From positions 1-39,279 of the forward strand of contig JAGBLC010000151.1 of the NCBI GenBank assembly GCA_017635615.1: DNA of 39,279 bases. The letters are read 5' to 3'. Of the stretch, positions 27,141 through 36,918 are shown piece after piece (position 1 is the stretch's first letter; each line of letters starts with the position of its first letter). The notes beneath the pieces were generated by a model. That model worked only from the letters and a program-made list of their open reading frames with translations. It had not been told where the DNA came from and ran no database searches. Made by a program: the position numbers and the translations under genes. Source of the DNA: Prevotella sp. (lineage in GTDB: Bacteria > Bacteroidota > Bacteroidia > Bacteroidales > Bacteroidaceae).

Positions 27141-28658
27141 CTACCCTTTTGGCCAGATGCTCCTCATCGGCCACACCGTCATGGAATATGCCGTTCCCGG
27201 CATTTGGCTGAACAGCTCGAAGGCCGTATGGCTGTCGGCGGTGAAGGTAGCCAGCGAGAAAACACACGTGCCATCTTCCGAAAATATTTCAACAGAACAC
27301 CTGTCAACAAATATGTCCAGCTTCAGCCATCCGTCGATGGGTGCCACCTTGGCATGGCACGTCGTCTCGAACTTCGGCATGTCGAAGTCGGCCACCTGAC
27401 TACGGTCTACGACGAGCGAATGGCTCTCGGTATCGTAGGTGATGACAAGTTTCCGACCGCCACCGGCACAAAGGTTGATTCCGAAGGTGTTGCTTATAGA
27501 CGTGTCGAAGCCTACCATCGCCTCGTAGGTGTTGCCCAGCTGGCCGACGGCGTCGATAGTCGTCCTGCCCGGAAGGAGGAATCCCTCAAAAAACTGTGGG
27601 TTCCCTCTGAGCGAATAAATCTCCTTCTTAGGTTTCTGTACAAGCCGCCATCCTTCGGGCGTATCGCGGAGCGACAGTTCGCGGGGAATCGACCAGAAAC
27701 CCTTGCCATACGTCGTCGGCAAGTCGCGGCAGTAGCGCCAGTTCGACATCCATCCCATGCTGTACACCTTACCGCCCAGCGTTCCGTCGAAGTCCTTGAA
27801 CGTCCTGGAGGCATAGAAGTCGGGGCCGCAGTCTACATAGACGCCTGTTTCTTGTTTCAACCCTTCGGCCGTGAAGGTGGTGCCGTCGAAGTCGCCCACG
27901 AAATATTGCTCGTTGTCCCAGTCTACAGAGACGACGAGCACCCACTTCTTCTGCCCTTTCATTGGGCCGTTATCCACCTCAAGCTCAAAGAGGTCGGGAC
28001 ATTCGAAGCAGCGGTACGTCCGACCCGCCGGACCGAAGTCGCTGAGCCACGTCCATTGCTTGAGATCCTCGGAGGCGTAGAAAGCCACCTTGCTCTCCAG
28101 CGTCTTGCTGACCACCATGAGCCACCGACCGGTCGCCTCATGCCAGATGATCGTGGGGTCGCGGAAGTCCTGATAGCCGATGTCGAGCACCGGGTTTCCC
28201 TCGTAGTAAGTGAACGTCCTACCGCCATCATGACTGACGGTGAGGCCCTGCGACTGGTTCTTGCGTTCACCGTCGTTGAACGTAAGACATGCAACGTAGG
28301 CTTCCTTTCCGAAACCGGCGGTATTGGCCGTATCGGCCACCACGCAGCCTGTCCAGCAACCCAATCCTCGCGGCACATCCTTGTGAACATGGCGGCTAAT
28401 CTCGGTAAAATGGACAAGATCGACCGACTCGGCACATCCCCACCAATAGCAGTGGTATCGCCCGTCGCGGTAGACGAAGCCGCAAGGGTCGCTGATCCAG
28501 CCCCTTTGTGGACTGAAGTGATACTGGTTGCGGTAGTGTTCGTTGTAGTGAACGTAAACGTCGGCTCTGCCGATGCACAACGCAGCAGAAAGCGATTCTG
28601 ATGGCAGCAACACTGCCATCAGAATGCTTGTCAAAATTGCTATACGATACTTTTTCAT
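27141..28658 (-). CDS. GH32 beta-fructosidase (exo-inulinase/levanase-like)
   Basis: Signal peptide; YHFSPQRGWISDPCG, FRDP, FECPDLF, GPDFYA, C-terminal IFVDRCSVEIF. Confidence 0.9.
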   Translation of the reverse strand: MKKYRIAILTSILMAVLLPSESLSAALCIGRADVYVHYNEHYRNQYHFSPQRGWISDPCGFVYRDGRYHCYWWGCAESVDLVHFTEISRHVHKDVPRGLGCWTGCVVADTANTAGFGKEAYVACLTFNDGERKNQSQGLTVSHDGGRTFTYYEGNPVLDIGYQDFRDPTIIWHEATGRWLMVVSKTLESKVAFYASEDLKQWTWLSDFGPAGRTYRCFECPDLFELEVDNGPMKGQKKWVLVVSVDWDNEQYFVGDFDGTTFTAEGLKQETGVYVDCGPDFYASRTFKDFDGTLGGKVYSMGWMSNWRYCRDLPTTYGKGFWSIPRELSLRDTPEGWRLVQKPKKEIYSLRGNPQFFEGFLLPGRTTIDAVGQLGNTYEAMVGFDTSISNTFGINLCAGGGRKLVITYDTESHSLVVDRSQVADFDMPKFETTCHAKVAPIDGWLKLDIFVDRCSVEIFSEDGTCVFSLATFTADSHTAFELFSQMPGTAYSMTVWPMRSIWPKG

Positions 28659-28724
28659 CTCGTCGTTATTGTGTTGGTTCGTAAAGAGAGAGATTCTTTA
28701 ATTTTCTAATTATACAATGAGTGT

Positions 28725-30323
28725 TTAGTAGGCTGAAACCTTCAGGTTGCTGATGGTGATGTTACCACCATAGCCGTTGATCGACCAGCAATTCTTGTAG
28801 ATGCCGTAGATACGCTGTGTGTAGCCGTAGACACCGTTGATATACATCGTTACGACAGAGTTGTCGGTATAGATACTGACGTTGTACACATTGTCGGCCG
28901 GCCGCGGGAAGATATAGCCGTCGATACCCTCTACAAAGCCCTTGCCTTCCGCACCTTCCTGCTCGAAGTTCACCTTGCGGCGACCGTTCTCCCATTCGGG
29001 GTTGACCACCATGGTGTAATACTTCGTGGCATCGGTGCCGCGGCAGAACGACACACCAAACTTGTCACCGTCGCCGCCGGTCGTCACCGTGAACGAGATG
29101 TGGTTGTGATTGCCCAGACGGTTGTACAGCACGTAGGCTCCCTCACCCGAGAGGCGACCGTCGCTATAGCCGTTGCTGGCCATTACCTTGCACTCTACCG
29201 CTGTGGCATATTTGGCAGCCATCGCCGGCACCTCGCCAACGGTGAGCGTACCATCCTCATGCTGCACAAGCTTGTGGCACACCAAAGCGCCCGACCAGTT
29301 GGGCTCGCCGTTGGCACCCACGGCCAGGTTCTTGTCGTGGTATGTCGTCCCCGTACGATAAGGGCACCATCCCCAGATGTAGCGGTCCTGTCCGTCGGAA
29401 GCCGTCTTTCCGGCATAGAAGGCACGGCTGTCAAGCACACCCTCCTTGTCGTCCTTCGGCCAGTTGGCACCCGGGTCGTTGAAGCAGTTGCGCAGCCCTT
29501 CGAACGAGTCGGCCATCATATACTTCACCTTACGGCTCCAGCTGGTGGGGAAAGCCTCACTGTAGACGAGGTACCACCACGAACCCATCTTGAAGACATC
29601 TGGGCATTCGCACATGCGGTCCCAAACCATGTTGAAGCCGCCCTCGCAAGTCCAGTCCTTCAGGTTCGACGACTTGAAGTAAGCGAAGCGATTCTTGCTC
29701 GTGATAACCATATAGTAAACCCCGCCGTCCTCGAAAATCTGCGGGTCGCGGAAGTCTACTCCCGAGAAACCGTAGTCGGGGCCGTTGAGGCGCCACTCGC
29801 GGTCTTTCGTCCAGTTCTTGAAGTCGGGCGACGTGGCGCGCATCACCACCTGGCGGTTCGTGCAACGGGCGTTCTCGCCTGTATAATAGATGTAGTAGAG
29901 CTGGTCCTGCTCGTTGTAGACACAGCAGCCCGTGCCGAGAGCTGCATCCTGCTGGTCGATGCTGGTGCCGGCGGGAAGGATCTCGCCGAGCGACTCATAG
30001 TTGCAGCCGTCTGTCGTAGCGACAGCCCAGATGGGGTGGAAGAACTCGCTGTTGTTGTTATAGTCCTGCAGGTAGAGCACCTTGAAGTTTCCGGCCTTCT
30101 TGTCGTAGAAAGGCATCGGGTCGCCGATGCGGCCGAGATAGTGCTTATAATAGGTAGAGAAAGCCTCCTCGGTGTCGTCGTTGACCGACGTGAAGGTCGT
30201 TGCCGTTCCAGCCCAGTCCTTCTGAGCGTCGCCGGCGAAATCGTCGTCACTGCAGGCTGTGGTTGCGGCGATACCGCAACACACAAGACCCATGCAGAAT
30301 ATATTCATCATTTTTTTCATCAT
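28725..30323 (-). CDS. Surface GH32 endo-fructanase lipoprotein (BT1760/DUF4975-like)
   Basis: Lipobox TTACSDD; IGDPMPFYD, AALGTG, DFRDPQIF, MCECPDVF, AFYAGKTAS. Confidence 0.85.
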   Translation of the reverse strand: MMKKMMNIFCMGLVCCGIAATTACSDDDFAGDAQKDWAGTATTFTSVNDDTEEAFSTYYKHYLGRIGDPMPFYDKKAGNFKVLYLQDYNNNSEFFHPIWAVATTDGCNYESLGEILPAGTSIDQQDAALGTGCCVYNEQDQLYYIYYTGENARCTNRQVVMRATSPDFKNWTKDREWRLNGPDYGFSGVDFRDPQIFEDGGVYYMVITSKNRFAYFKSSNLKDWTCEGGFNMVWDRMCECPDVFKMGSWWYLVYSEAFPTSWSRKVKYMMADSFEGLRNCFNDPGANWPKDDKEGVLDSRAFYAGKTASDGQDRYIWGWCPYRTGTTYHDKNLAVGANGEPNWSGALVCHKLVQHEDGTLTVGEVPAMAAKYATAVECKVMASNGYSDGRLSGEGAYVLYNRLGNHNHISFTVTTGGDGDKFGVSFCRGTDATKYYTMVVNPEWENGRRKVNFEQEGAEGKGFVEGIDGYIFPRPADNVYNVSIYTDNSVVTMYINGVYGYTQRIYGIYKNCWSINGYGGNITISNLKVSAY

Positions 30324-30330
30324 GGCTGGT

Positions 30331-31734
30331 TTATTTCGTTAAGTAATTGAATGCGTTCTGAGTAATGATGGCAATGTTGCGGTGGTAGTTCTCCTGATAG
30401 CCGGCCTCATAGGTGTACGAATACCAGTCGTAGCAGCCCGAGCCGATGCAGATGATGCCGCCCTTACCGTCCGTGGCCGGATACTCCCAGGCCACGACAG
30501 CACCGTCGCCGCCCACGCCGAGAATCTTACCGCCCGTGCGGGCCTCCCAAGCAGCATGGTCGTCATAGCCGCCCCAGTCGGTGCCGATATGATACTGTGC
30601 CGTAGAGTTGGTGATGTGGTAGCCGGCATCCGTGCAATACACTTCCTGAGCATTGTCGCCGGCGATGAGATTCTGCCACAGCGGATGACCGTTCTGACCG
30701 TCGAAGATACGGAACGTCCACGGGCCGCCGCAAAGCTCAGCACCATCCTCGTTCTGACCCCAGCAGTTGTTGGGCGTCGTCCACTCGTCGTCGCCCGTCA
30801 CACCGATGAACGACGGCAGGTTCGTGGCGTAGCGCGTCAGGAAGAGCGCGCCGCCATTCTCGCGGAACGTGCGCAGCTGGTTCGTGGCAGCAAGGGCCTC
30901 CGGGGCGTTGGCCACAAAGGCATCGTGGCCGTCTACACCGCCATCCTTATGGTAGTGCCACCAGATAATCTTACACTCAGAGAGGTCGATCTGCTCCGAC
31001 TGGACATCTGCGAACGAAGCATACATCGACTCCGGTACGTTGGCCAGCATCCACGAACAAGCCGTCTGCGCCTCAATGTCGAGCTTCGACATATCCGAAG
31101 CAGCGCCAACGAAGAGGGCCTTCGGCTTGCCGATGGCATGAACGGTAACAACATACTCGTTTTTCGCCGTGTTGTTCGTAACGGTATACGTCACAGGCTC
31201 GCTGAAGTCGGTAGCTACACCGCTCAGCGGACTGATTGTAGCATTCGTCGACACCTCGATGGTCGGCACGATGGTCTTCACGTCCACCGAACCCGGCACA
31301 TACACCGTGATGGTCTTGTCATCCTCGTTGATGACACCCGTATAGATATCGTTCACCACGAAGGACAGAATCTTGGCCTCGTCGTGCAGGATGCTGAGGT
31401 TCCAGTCCATATAGAGGTCGCCCATGCTGACGCGGATGGCCTGTGCACTCTCCATGTTGAGCACCTGACCCTGAGCGATGTCGGCCTTTGCGCCGTCAGA
31501 GATTTTCAGGCTCGTCACCGTCATTCGCGAGGCATCGTGCCCCTCGGGCAGACGTACCACAATGCTTCTCGTAGCGAGGTCTATCGTACCCTCATAGTTG
31601 TCGAGCGACAGCTCCTCTATCATGCAGTTGCCCGTGAGGTCAAGGCTGCAGTCGTCGTTCTTGTCGCATGCCGTCATGTAAGCGGCGGCTATGCCGACGC
31701 AAACAAACATCATCATTCTATATATTGTCTTCAT
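30331..31734 (-). CDS. Surface glycan-binding lipoprotein (DUF4960/BT1761-like)
   Basis: Lipobox MTACDK; two Ig-like repeats (DFSEPVTYTV); C-terminal IIWWH..GGIICIGSGCYDW; located after susD. Confidence 0.8.
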   Translation of the reverse strand: MKTIYRMMMFVCVGIAAAYMTACDKNDDCSLDLTGNCMIEELSLDNYEGTIDLATRSIVVRLPEGHDASRMTVTSLKISDGAKADIAQGQVLNMESAQAIRVSMGDLYMDWNLSILHDEAKILSFVVNDIYTGVINEDDKTITVYVPGSVDVKTIVPTIEVSTNATISPLSGVATDFSEPVTYTVTNNTAKNEYVVTVHAIGKPKALFVGAASDMSKLDIEAQTACSWMLANVPESMYASFADVQSEQIDLSECKIIWWHYHKDGGVDGHDAFVANAPEALAATNQLRTFRENGGALFLTRYATNLPSFIGVTGDDEWTTPNNCWGQNEDGAELCGGPWTFRIFDGQNGHPLWQNLIAGDNAQEVYCTDAGYHITNSTAQYHIGTDWGGYDDHAAWEARTGGKILGVGGDGAVVAWEYPATDGKGGIICIGSGCYDWYSYTYEAGYQENYHRNIAIITQNAFNYLTK

Positions 31735-31780
31735 TTTTCAGAAATCTTTTATTTGTTATCAATTGTCCATTGTCAATTAT

Positions 31781-31825
31781 CCGCTCGGCCCAAAGGGACG
31801 CTTTCAAAGCGAAGCGGAGAAAGAA
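31781..31825 (+). repeat. 45-bp dispersed element, copy 2, embedded in 7-bp repeats
   Basis: CCGCTCGGCCCAAAGGGACGCTTTCAAAGCGAAGCGGAGAAAGAA; AATTATCC overlaps both ends (31775-31782, 31824-31831). Confidence 0.9.
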
Positions 31826-31832
31826 TTATCCA

Positions 31833-33581
31833 TTACCAGTTGCCGCAATTCTGAGTGTAGTTGCCGTTGGCAGCAGCAAACTGCTCGTACGGGATGGGCA
31901 GATACTCGTTCTTGTTGGCCGTGAAGCGAGCTTCCTCGTAGATGTTACACTTCCCCTTCTCAACAGCATAGTACGCGTTCAGCACCTTCGCAGCATCGCC
32001 CCAGCGCACCAGGTCGAGGAAACGCTCCGACTCCATGGCCAGCTCCAGGCGGCGCTCCATCTTCACGATCTTCATCGTCTCTTCTTTCGAGTAAGTGCCG
32101 TTGTACGTCTTGCAGTAGAGCTTCACGCCATAGCGCGACGGATAGTTCGAAATCATCTGTGTCGAAGCAGCGGCACGCGCACGAATCTGGTTGACCAGCG
32201 CGATGGCCTCAGCCGTGTTGCCTAACTGAGCCTCAGCCTCGGCACGCATCAGCAGCACGTCGGCATAGCGGAACACTATACGGTTCATCGAAGTAGCCCA
32301 GAACGAACTCTTGATCAGATACGTGCCAATCAGAGCAGGGTCCACATTCTGCTTCAGCGTGACATAGTAGCCATACAGGCCACCCGAGCGGCTCCAACTC
32401 GACGAGCGGTCCATCATCAGACTCGAATTGAACATATACGGCAGTCCGGGCATACCAACGGTCAGGAAGAGGCGCGGGTCGACATTGTCGTTGGCCATGT
32501 CGTAGTCGGCATCGTTGAAGGTGTCGAGCAAGGGCAGACCGTCGGCACCCGTGCGGAAAGCATTCACCAGATTCTGAGAGGGCTTATAGAAATCCGTACC
32601 GCCATCCGTCACGTTGACGATGTTGGGACAAATCAGTCCGTTGCCCAGATTGAGGTTGCCATACTTCGTACCGTCGTTGCGCGAGTACTGGATAGCCCAG
32701 ACAGACTCAGGCCCGTTCTCGAACTGCTCCTCCGGGCGGAAGTTGTTGTGGATGTCGGTCTCCAGCTCGTAGCCGCCGGCAGCATAGATGGCAGGGTTGG
32801 TATATTCTACCACTTTCTGGAGGTCGGCCTCGTTGATAGAGGTCACCTCGTTGGTGTTCTCGTTGTCCTGGCGATAAGCCTTGTAGAGATAGACCTTGGC
32901 GAGGAAGGCGGCACAGGCAGCCTTTGTGGGGCGACCCTTGTCGGCCTGTTTCACGGGCAGGATGTTGTAGGCCCACTCCAGGTCTTCGGCAATCTTTGCC
33001 CATCCCTCGTCGTTGGTAAACTCGGTGTTGGAGATAAGGGCATAGTCGTCGTAGGTCAGGTCGGTACGGACGACGAAGGGAATCTTCTTGAACAGGCGCT
33101 TCAGCTGGAAGTGGGCGTATGCGCGGAGGAATCGCAGTTCGGCCAGGCGTTCCTGCTTCAGCGAGTAGCTGTCGTCGACATTCTCCAAGGCGCGGATGCC
33201 CGCATTGACACGCGACAGGGCGTTATACAGACGTACCCAGATGTCGTTGAGGTTCCAGTTGGTCGAGAGGATGCCCTGCGACACCTCCAGCTGATGGAAG
33301 ACGTCGCCGTCGTTGGTGGTCGAACCGCCCTTATAGGCATCGTCGGAGCGCACGTCGTAGTTCCACAGCGAGAACGAGGCATTGATATCCTCGGCCGTGA
33401 TGAAGATGGCGTATGCCGCCGTCACTTGTTTGTCGACATATTCGGAGGTGTTCACCTGCTCGTCGGAGAGAGTACCCTGCGGCACCTGCTCCTCGAGGAA
33501 GTCGTTGCATGAGGCGAGGGTTGCTGTGATACAGCAACATACTATACCTGCTACGAAAAGCTTATATATTTTAGTAATCAT
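31833..33581 (-). CDS. susD: SusD/RagB nutrient-binding lipoprotein
   Basis: Lipobox LASCNDFL; AELRFLRAYAHF, FRYADVLLMRAEA, ERRLELAMESERFLDLVRWG; directly downstream of susC. Start at ATG 33581. Confidence 0.93.
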   Translation of the reverse strand: MITKIYKLFVAGIVCCCITATLASCNDFLEEQVPQGTLSDEQVNTSEYVDKQVTAAYAIFITAEDINASFSLWNYDVRSDDAYKGGSTTNDGDVFHQLEVSQGILSTNWNLNDIWVRLYNALSRVNAGIRALENVDDSYSLKQERLAELRFLRAYAHFQLKRLFKKIPFVVRTDLTYDDYALISNTEFTNDEGWAKIAEDLEWAYNILPVKQADKGRPTKAACAAFLAKVYLYKAYRQDNENTNEVTSINEADLQKVVEYTNPAIYAAGGYELETDIHNNFRPEEQFENGPESVWAIQYSRNDGTKYGNLNLGNGLICPNIVNVTDGGTDFYKPSQNLVNAFRTGADGLPLLDTFNDADYDMANDNVDPRLFLTVGMPGLPYMFNSSLMMDRSSSWSRSGGLYGYYVTLKQNVDPALIGTYLIKSSFWATSMNRIVFRYADVLLMRAEAEAQLGNTAEAIALVNQIRARAAASTQMISNYPSRYGVKLYCKTYNGTYSKEETMKIVKMERRLELAMESERFLDLVRWGDAAKVLNAYYAVEKGKCNIYEEARFTANKNEYLPIPYEQFAAANGNYTQNCGNW

Positions 33582-33610
33582 AATTGTCAATTTCAATTTT
33601 CAATTTTCAA

Positions 33611-36600
33611 TTAAAAGGAAACATTCAGTCCGAACGTTACGTTCAGCGGGATAGGATAGCCGAAGGTAGGCACTTCCGGGTCCACTCCCGTATAGTCGCC
33701 GCTCTTGATGCAGAAGAGGTTCTGGGCCGAGACATACATGCGCAGACGCTGCATGTAGAGTTTCTTGGCGAAGCTGTCGGGGAAGTTGTAGCCAAACTGC
33801 ACGGTGCGCAGTTTCAGGAACGAGCCGTTCTCGACGTAGTACGACGATACGCGCGTCTCGTTGTTGGTGTCCATCGTGGTCAGCGCGGGGATGGTCGAAC
33901 CGCTGTTCTGCGGTGTCCAGGCGTCGAGCACGCGGATGCCCTTGTTCAGGTTCGGAACGTTGACACCGGCCCAGAGGTCGGTCTGACGCTTGTAGTCGAT
34001 GGTGATGACATCGTTGCCCTGCACACCCTGCCAGAACATCGTGAAGTCGAAGTTCTTATACTGCAGGTAGACATTCAGACCGTACGTAAAGTCGGGCGTC
34101 GGGTCGTAGATCCAGTCTTGGTCGGCTTCGGTGATGAAGCCGTCCTTGTTCAGGTCGAGGAAGCGCATACGCCCTACGCCGGCTCCCTCCTGGACAGCAT
34201 GGTTGTCTACCTCCTCCTGGTTCTGGAAGATACCGTCGAAGATATAGCCCACCTGGGCTCCCATGGGATGGTCGACGACGCTCTTCACGCCGTTGCCGCC
34301 GAAGGTGCCGCGGGCAGCAATGGTCTCGGGCAGCTTGGTTATCTTGTTGCGGTTGGTGCTGATATTGCCGGTGATGTCGTACTGCAGGTCGCCTGTCTGT
34401 CCACGGTAGCCGATGGTGGCCTCGATACCCTTGTTGAGCATTTCGCCGGCATTGATCCACATGGCGCTGCCCTCGCCCATGACGCCCACACCGGGCATGT
34501 TGACGAGGATGTCGGTGGTCTTCTTGTGATACCAGTCGATGCTACCGTAGAGCGCATTGCCGAAGAAGCCGAAGTCGAGACCGACGTTCACCTGTGTTGT
34601 CGTCTCCCATTTGATGTTGTCGTTGCCAATCTGGTTGCGCTTGAATCCGCTGTCGAGCGTGTGTCCGCCGTTGGTACCCTGGATGTCGTAGCCCGTGTTG
34701 TACGAGTCGCCGCCGAAGTTTAGGCTGCCCGTCGTGGTATAGAGGGTGTAGCGGGCCGTGTTGGAGATCTCCTGGTTACCGGTCTGTCCCCACGAGGCGC
34801 GCAGCTTCAGGTTGTCGAGCCACGAGGCTTTTCCTTTGAGGAAGGCCTCCTCGCTGATACGCCAACCAAGCGAAACAGAGGGGAACGTACCGTACTTGTT
34901 GTTCTTACCGAAGCGGCTCGAACCGTCGCGACGGATGGTCAGCGAGGCCAGGTAGCGGTCGTCGTAGGTGTAGTTGGCCTTGCCGAAGAACGATACGAGC
35001 GAGAAGCCCGAGCCCGATCCGTAGGCCTTGTCCGTGCCTTCCACACCGGCGCTGGGCCACATATAGTCGGTGTTCAGCACAGCGAAGTCCTGACGGTAGC
35101 CCGAGAACCAGATGTCGTCCTGACGGTTGAGCTCGATACCGGCGAGCGCGTCGGCGCGGTGCTTGCCCACTTCGAAGTTGTACGAGGCCACGGCGTTCCA
35201 CATCCACTTCATCCAGTGTTCCTGCTTGGCCTCGACACCATTCTCGTCGCGCCCCACGTTGCCGTTGGGGATAGGATAGGTGAAGATGCGTTGCTGCTTC
35301 TGGCTGTAGTCGATACCGAAGGTAGTGCGCAGGTTGAAGCCTTTGAACGGGGCGAGGTTCACATGCACGTCGCCGAACGTACGCCAATAGGTGTAGCGGT
35401 TGTCGGCATTGCGCGAGAGTGTCGACCGCGGGTTCTCACGGTCGGCATAGCCGCCGGTAAGGTTGGCATATTCGCCCAGTGTGTTGTAGATGGGGTAGTT
35501 GGGATTGAACTGCAGGGCATTCTCGAGGAATCCGCCCGGGGCACCCACCTCGCTGGTGCGGTTCAGGGTGAAGTTCTCGCCGATGCTCAGCACGTCGCCT
35601 ATCAGCTTGTATTCGGTATTCATACGGGCAGAGAAACGCTCGAAGTCGGAGGTCTTGATGACACCGAGGTTCTTGTAGTAGCCCAGCGAGAAGAAGGCCG
35701 AGCCCTTCTCGTTGCCGTTGCTCACGCTCACATTATAATTCTGTATCACGCCCGTGCGCGTTGACTCGTCGAACCAGTCGGTGTTGGCGGCCTCTACGGT
35801 GTTGGCGGCATCGAGATACTTGCTCATCGTCACACCGTTGAGCTGTGGCTGTCCGTTCTGGTCGTAGCCCCAGTCGAAGCGGTAGCCCAGGTTGTTGTTG
35901 TTCGGGTCGAGATGGACGTTGACGCGAGCCTGCCAGAAGGCCTGGCCCCACTGCTCGGCATTGAGCACCTTCATGCGGCGGGCATACATCGAAGCGGCAA
36001 TGCTGCCGTCGAAGTCGACACGTACCTTGCCGTCCTTACCCTTCTTCGTCGTGATGATGATCACACCGTTGGCGGCGCGGCTACCGTAGATGCTGGCCGA
36101 AGCGGCATCCTTCAACACCTGTATCGACTCGATGTCGTTGCCGTTGAGCTCGTGCATGCCGGCTTTCGTCGGTACGCCGTCGATGATGTAGAGCGGGTCG
36201 TTGTCGTTGAGCGTGCCGTTACCACGGATGCGCACCGTTGCGGCACCCGAGGGGTTACCGTCGGCCGAGATGTTCATGCCCGGGACACGTCCCTGCAAGG
36301 CCTTCATCGGGTTGTTCTCGTTCTGCTTCTGCAGCTCGCCCACGCTCACCACGCTGACGGCACCCGTCAGGTCGGCCTTGCGCTGCACCTGGTAGCCCGT
36401 TACGACCACTTCGTTCAGTACGGTGGCATCTTCTTTCAGCGTCACCGTCATGCCATCGGAGGCGATGACATCGATAGGCTCGTAGCCAATGTAAGAGATG
36501 GTGAGCGTTGCTCCGGGCTGCACCTTCAGCTTGAAGTTGCCGTCGAAGTCGGTCACCGTCCCATTGGCTGTTCCTTTCTCCTTCACGGTTGCGCCGATGG

Positions 36601-36715
36601 CGGCCTCGCCGGTCTCATCGACGACGTTTCCCGTGATTTCCGTTTGCGCGTACGTACACAACGCACCTGCAAAGATGAGCATCATGCTCAAGAGGAATTT
36701 TCTTGATTTTTTCAT
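33611..36715 (-). CDS. susC: SusC/RagA TonB-dependent transporter
   Basis: GTVTDFDGNF, LNEVVVTGY, DPLYIIDG, VLKDAASASIYGSRAANGVIIITTK, RRDGSSRFG, IKWETT, C-terminal GLNVSF. Confidence 0.96.
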   Translation of the reverse strand: MKKSRKFLLSMMLIFAGALCTYAQTEITGNVVDETGEAAIGATVKEKGTANGTVTDFDGNFKLKVQPGATLTISYIGYEPIDVIASDGMTVTLKEDATVLNEVVVTGYQVQRKADLTGAVSVVSVGELQKQNENNPMKALQGRVPGMNISADGNPSGAATVRIRGNGTLNDNDPLYIIDGVPTKAGMHELNGNDIESIQVLKDAASASIYGSRAANGVIIITTKKGKDGKVRVDFDGSIAASMYARRMKVLNAEQWGQAFWQARVNVHLDPNNNNLGYRFDWGYDQNGQPQLNGVTMSKYLDAANTVEAANTDWFDESTRTGVIQNYNVSVSNGNEKGSAFFSLGYYKNLGVIKTSDFERFSARMNTEYKLIGDVLSIGENFTLNRTSEVGAPGGFLENALQFNPNYPIYNTLGEYANLTGGYADRENPRSTLSRNADNRYTYWRTFGDVHVNLAPFKGFNLRTTFGIDYSQKQQRIFTYPIPNGNVGRDENGVEAKQEHWMKWMWNAVASYNFEVGKHRADALAGIELNRQDDIWFSGYRQDFAVLNTDYMWPSAGVEGTDKAYGSGSGFSLVSFFGKANYTYDDRYLASLTIRRDGSSRFGKNNKYGTFPSVSLGWRISEEAFLKGKASWLDNLKLRASWGQTGNQEISNTARYTLYTTTGSLNFGGDSYNTGYDIQGTNGGHTLDSGFKRNQIGNDNIKWETTTQVNVGLDFGFFGNALYGSIDWYHKKTTDILVNMPGVGVMGEGSAMWINAGEMLNKGIEATIGYRGQTGDLQYDITGNISTNRNKITKLPETIAARGTFGGNGVKSVVDHPMGAQVGYIFDGIFQNQEEVDNHAVQEGAGVGRMRFLDLNKDGFITEADQDWIYDPTPDFTYGLNVYLQYKNFDFTMFWQGVQGNDVITIDYKRQTDLWAGVNVPNLNKGIRVLDAWTPQNSGSTIPALTTMDTNNETRVSSYYVENGSFLKLRTVQFGYNFPDSFAKKLYMQRLRMYVSAQNLFCIKSGDYTGVDPEVPTFGYPIPLNVTFGLNVSF

Positions 36716-36762
36716 TTGCTTTACGCTTTGGGTTAGTACTATTGATATTCAGATTTCTGGTG

Positions 36763-36770
36763 CAAAAGTA
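36763..36770 (-). promoter_or_regulatory. -7 element (TACTTTTG) of the fructan PUL promoter
   Basis: Exact TAnnTTTG match 48 nt upstream of the susC ATG. Confidence 0.7.
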
Positions 36771-36876
36771 CTCACTCCGCGCGTAACGCGTTGTTAATTA
36801 TCGTTCATCGGATAAGAAAAATGTTTCTTGTAACAATCGTTGAGTAGAAAGTCTGATTTGTTGACTCACTCTCTCC

Positions 36877-36909
36877 CCTCGTACCTCGTACCTCGTACCT
36901 CGTACCTCG
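36877..36909. repeat. 7-bp tandem repeat (CCTCGTA)x4.7
   Basis: Perfect units just downstream of the regulator stop codon. Confidence 0.88.
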
Positions 36910-36918
36910 AATTCTTCT

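Noticed and set aside
24549-31825. Invertible segment bounded by the two 45-bp inverted copies
   Set aside because: All enclosed and flanking genes keep the same orientation and the PUL order is canonical; no recombinase nearby. Better explained as independent insertions.
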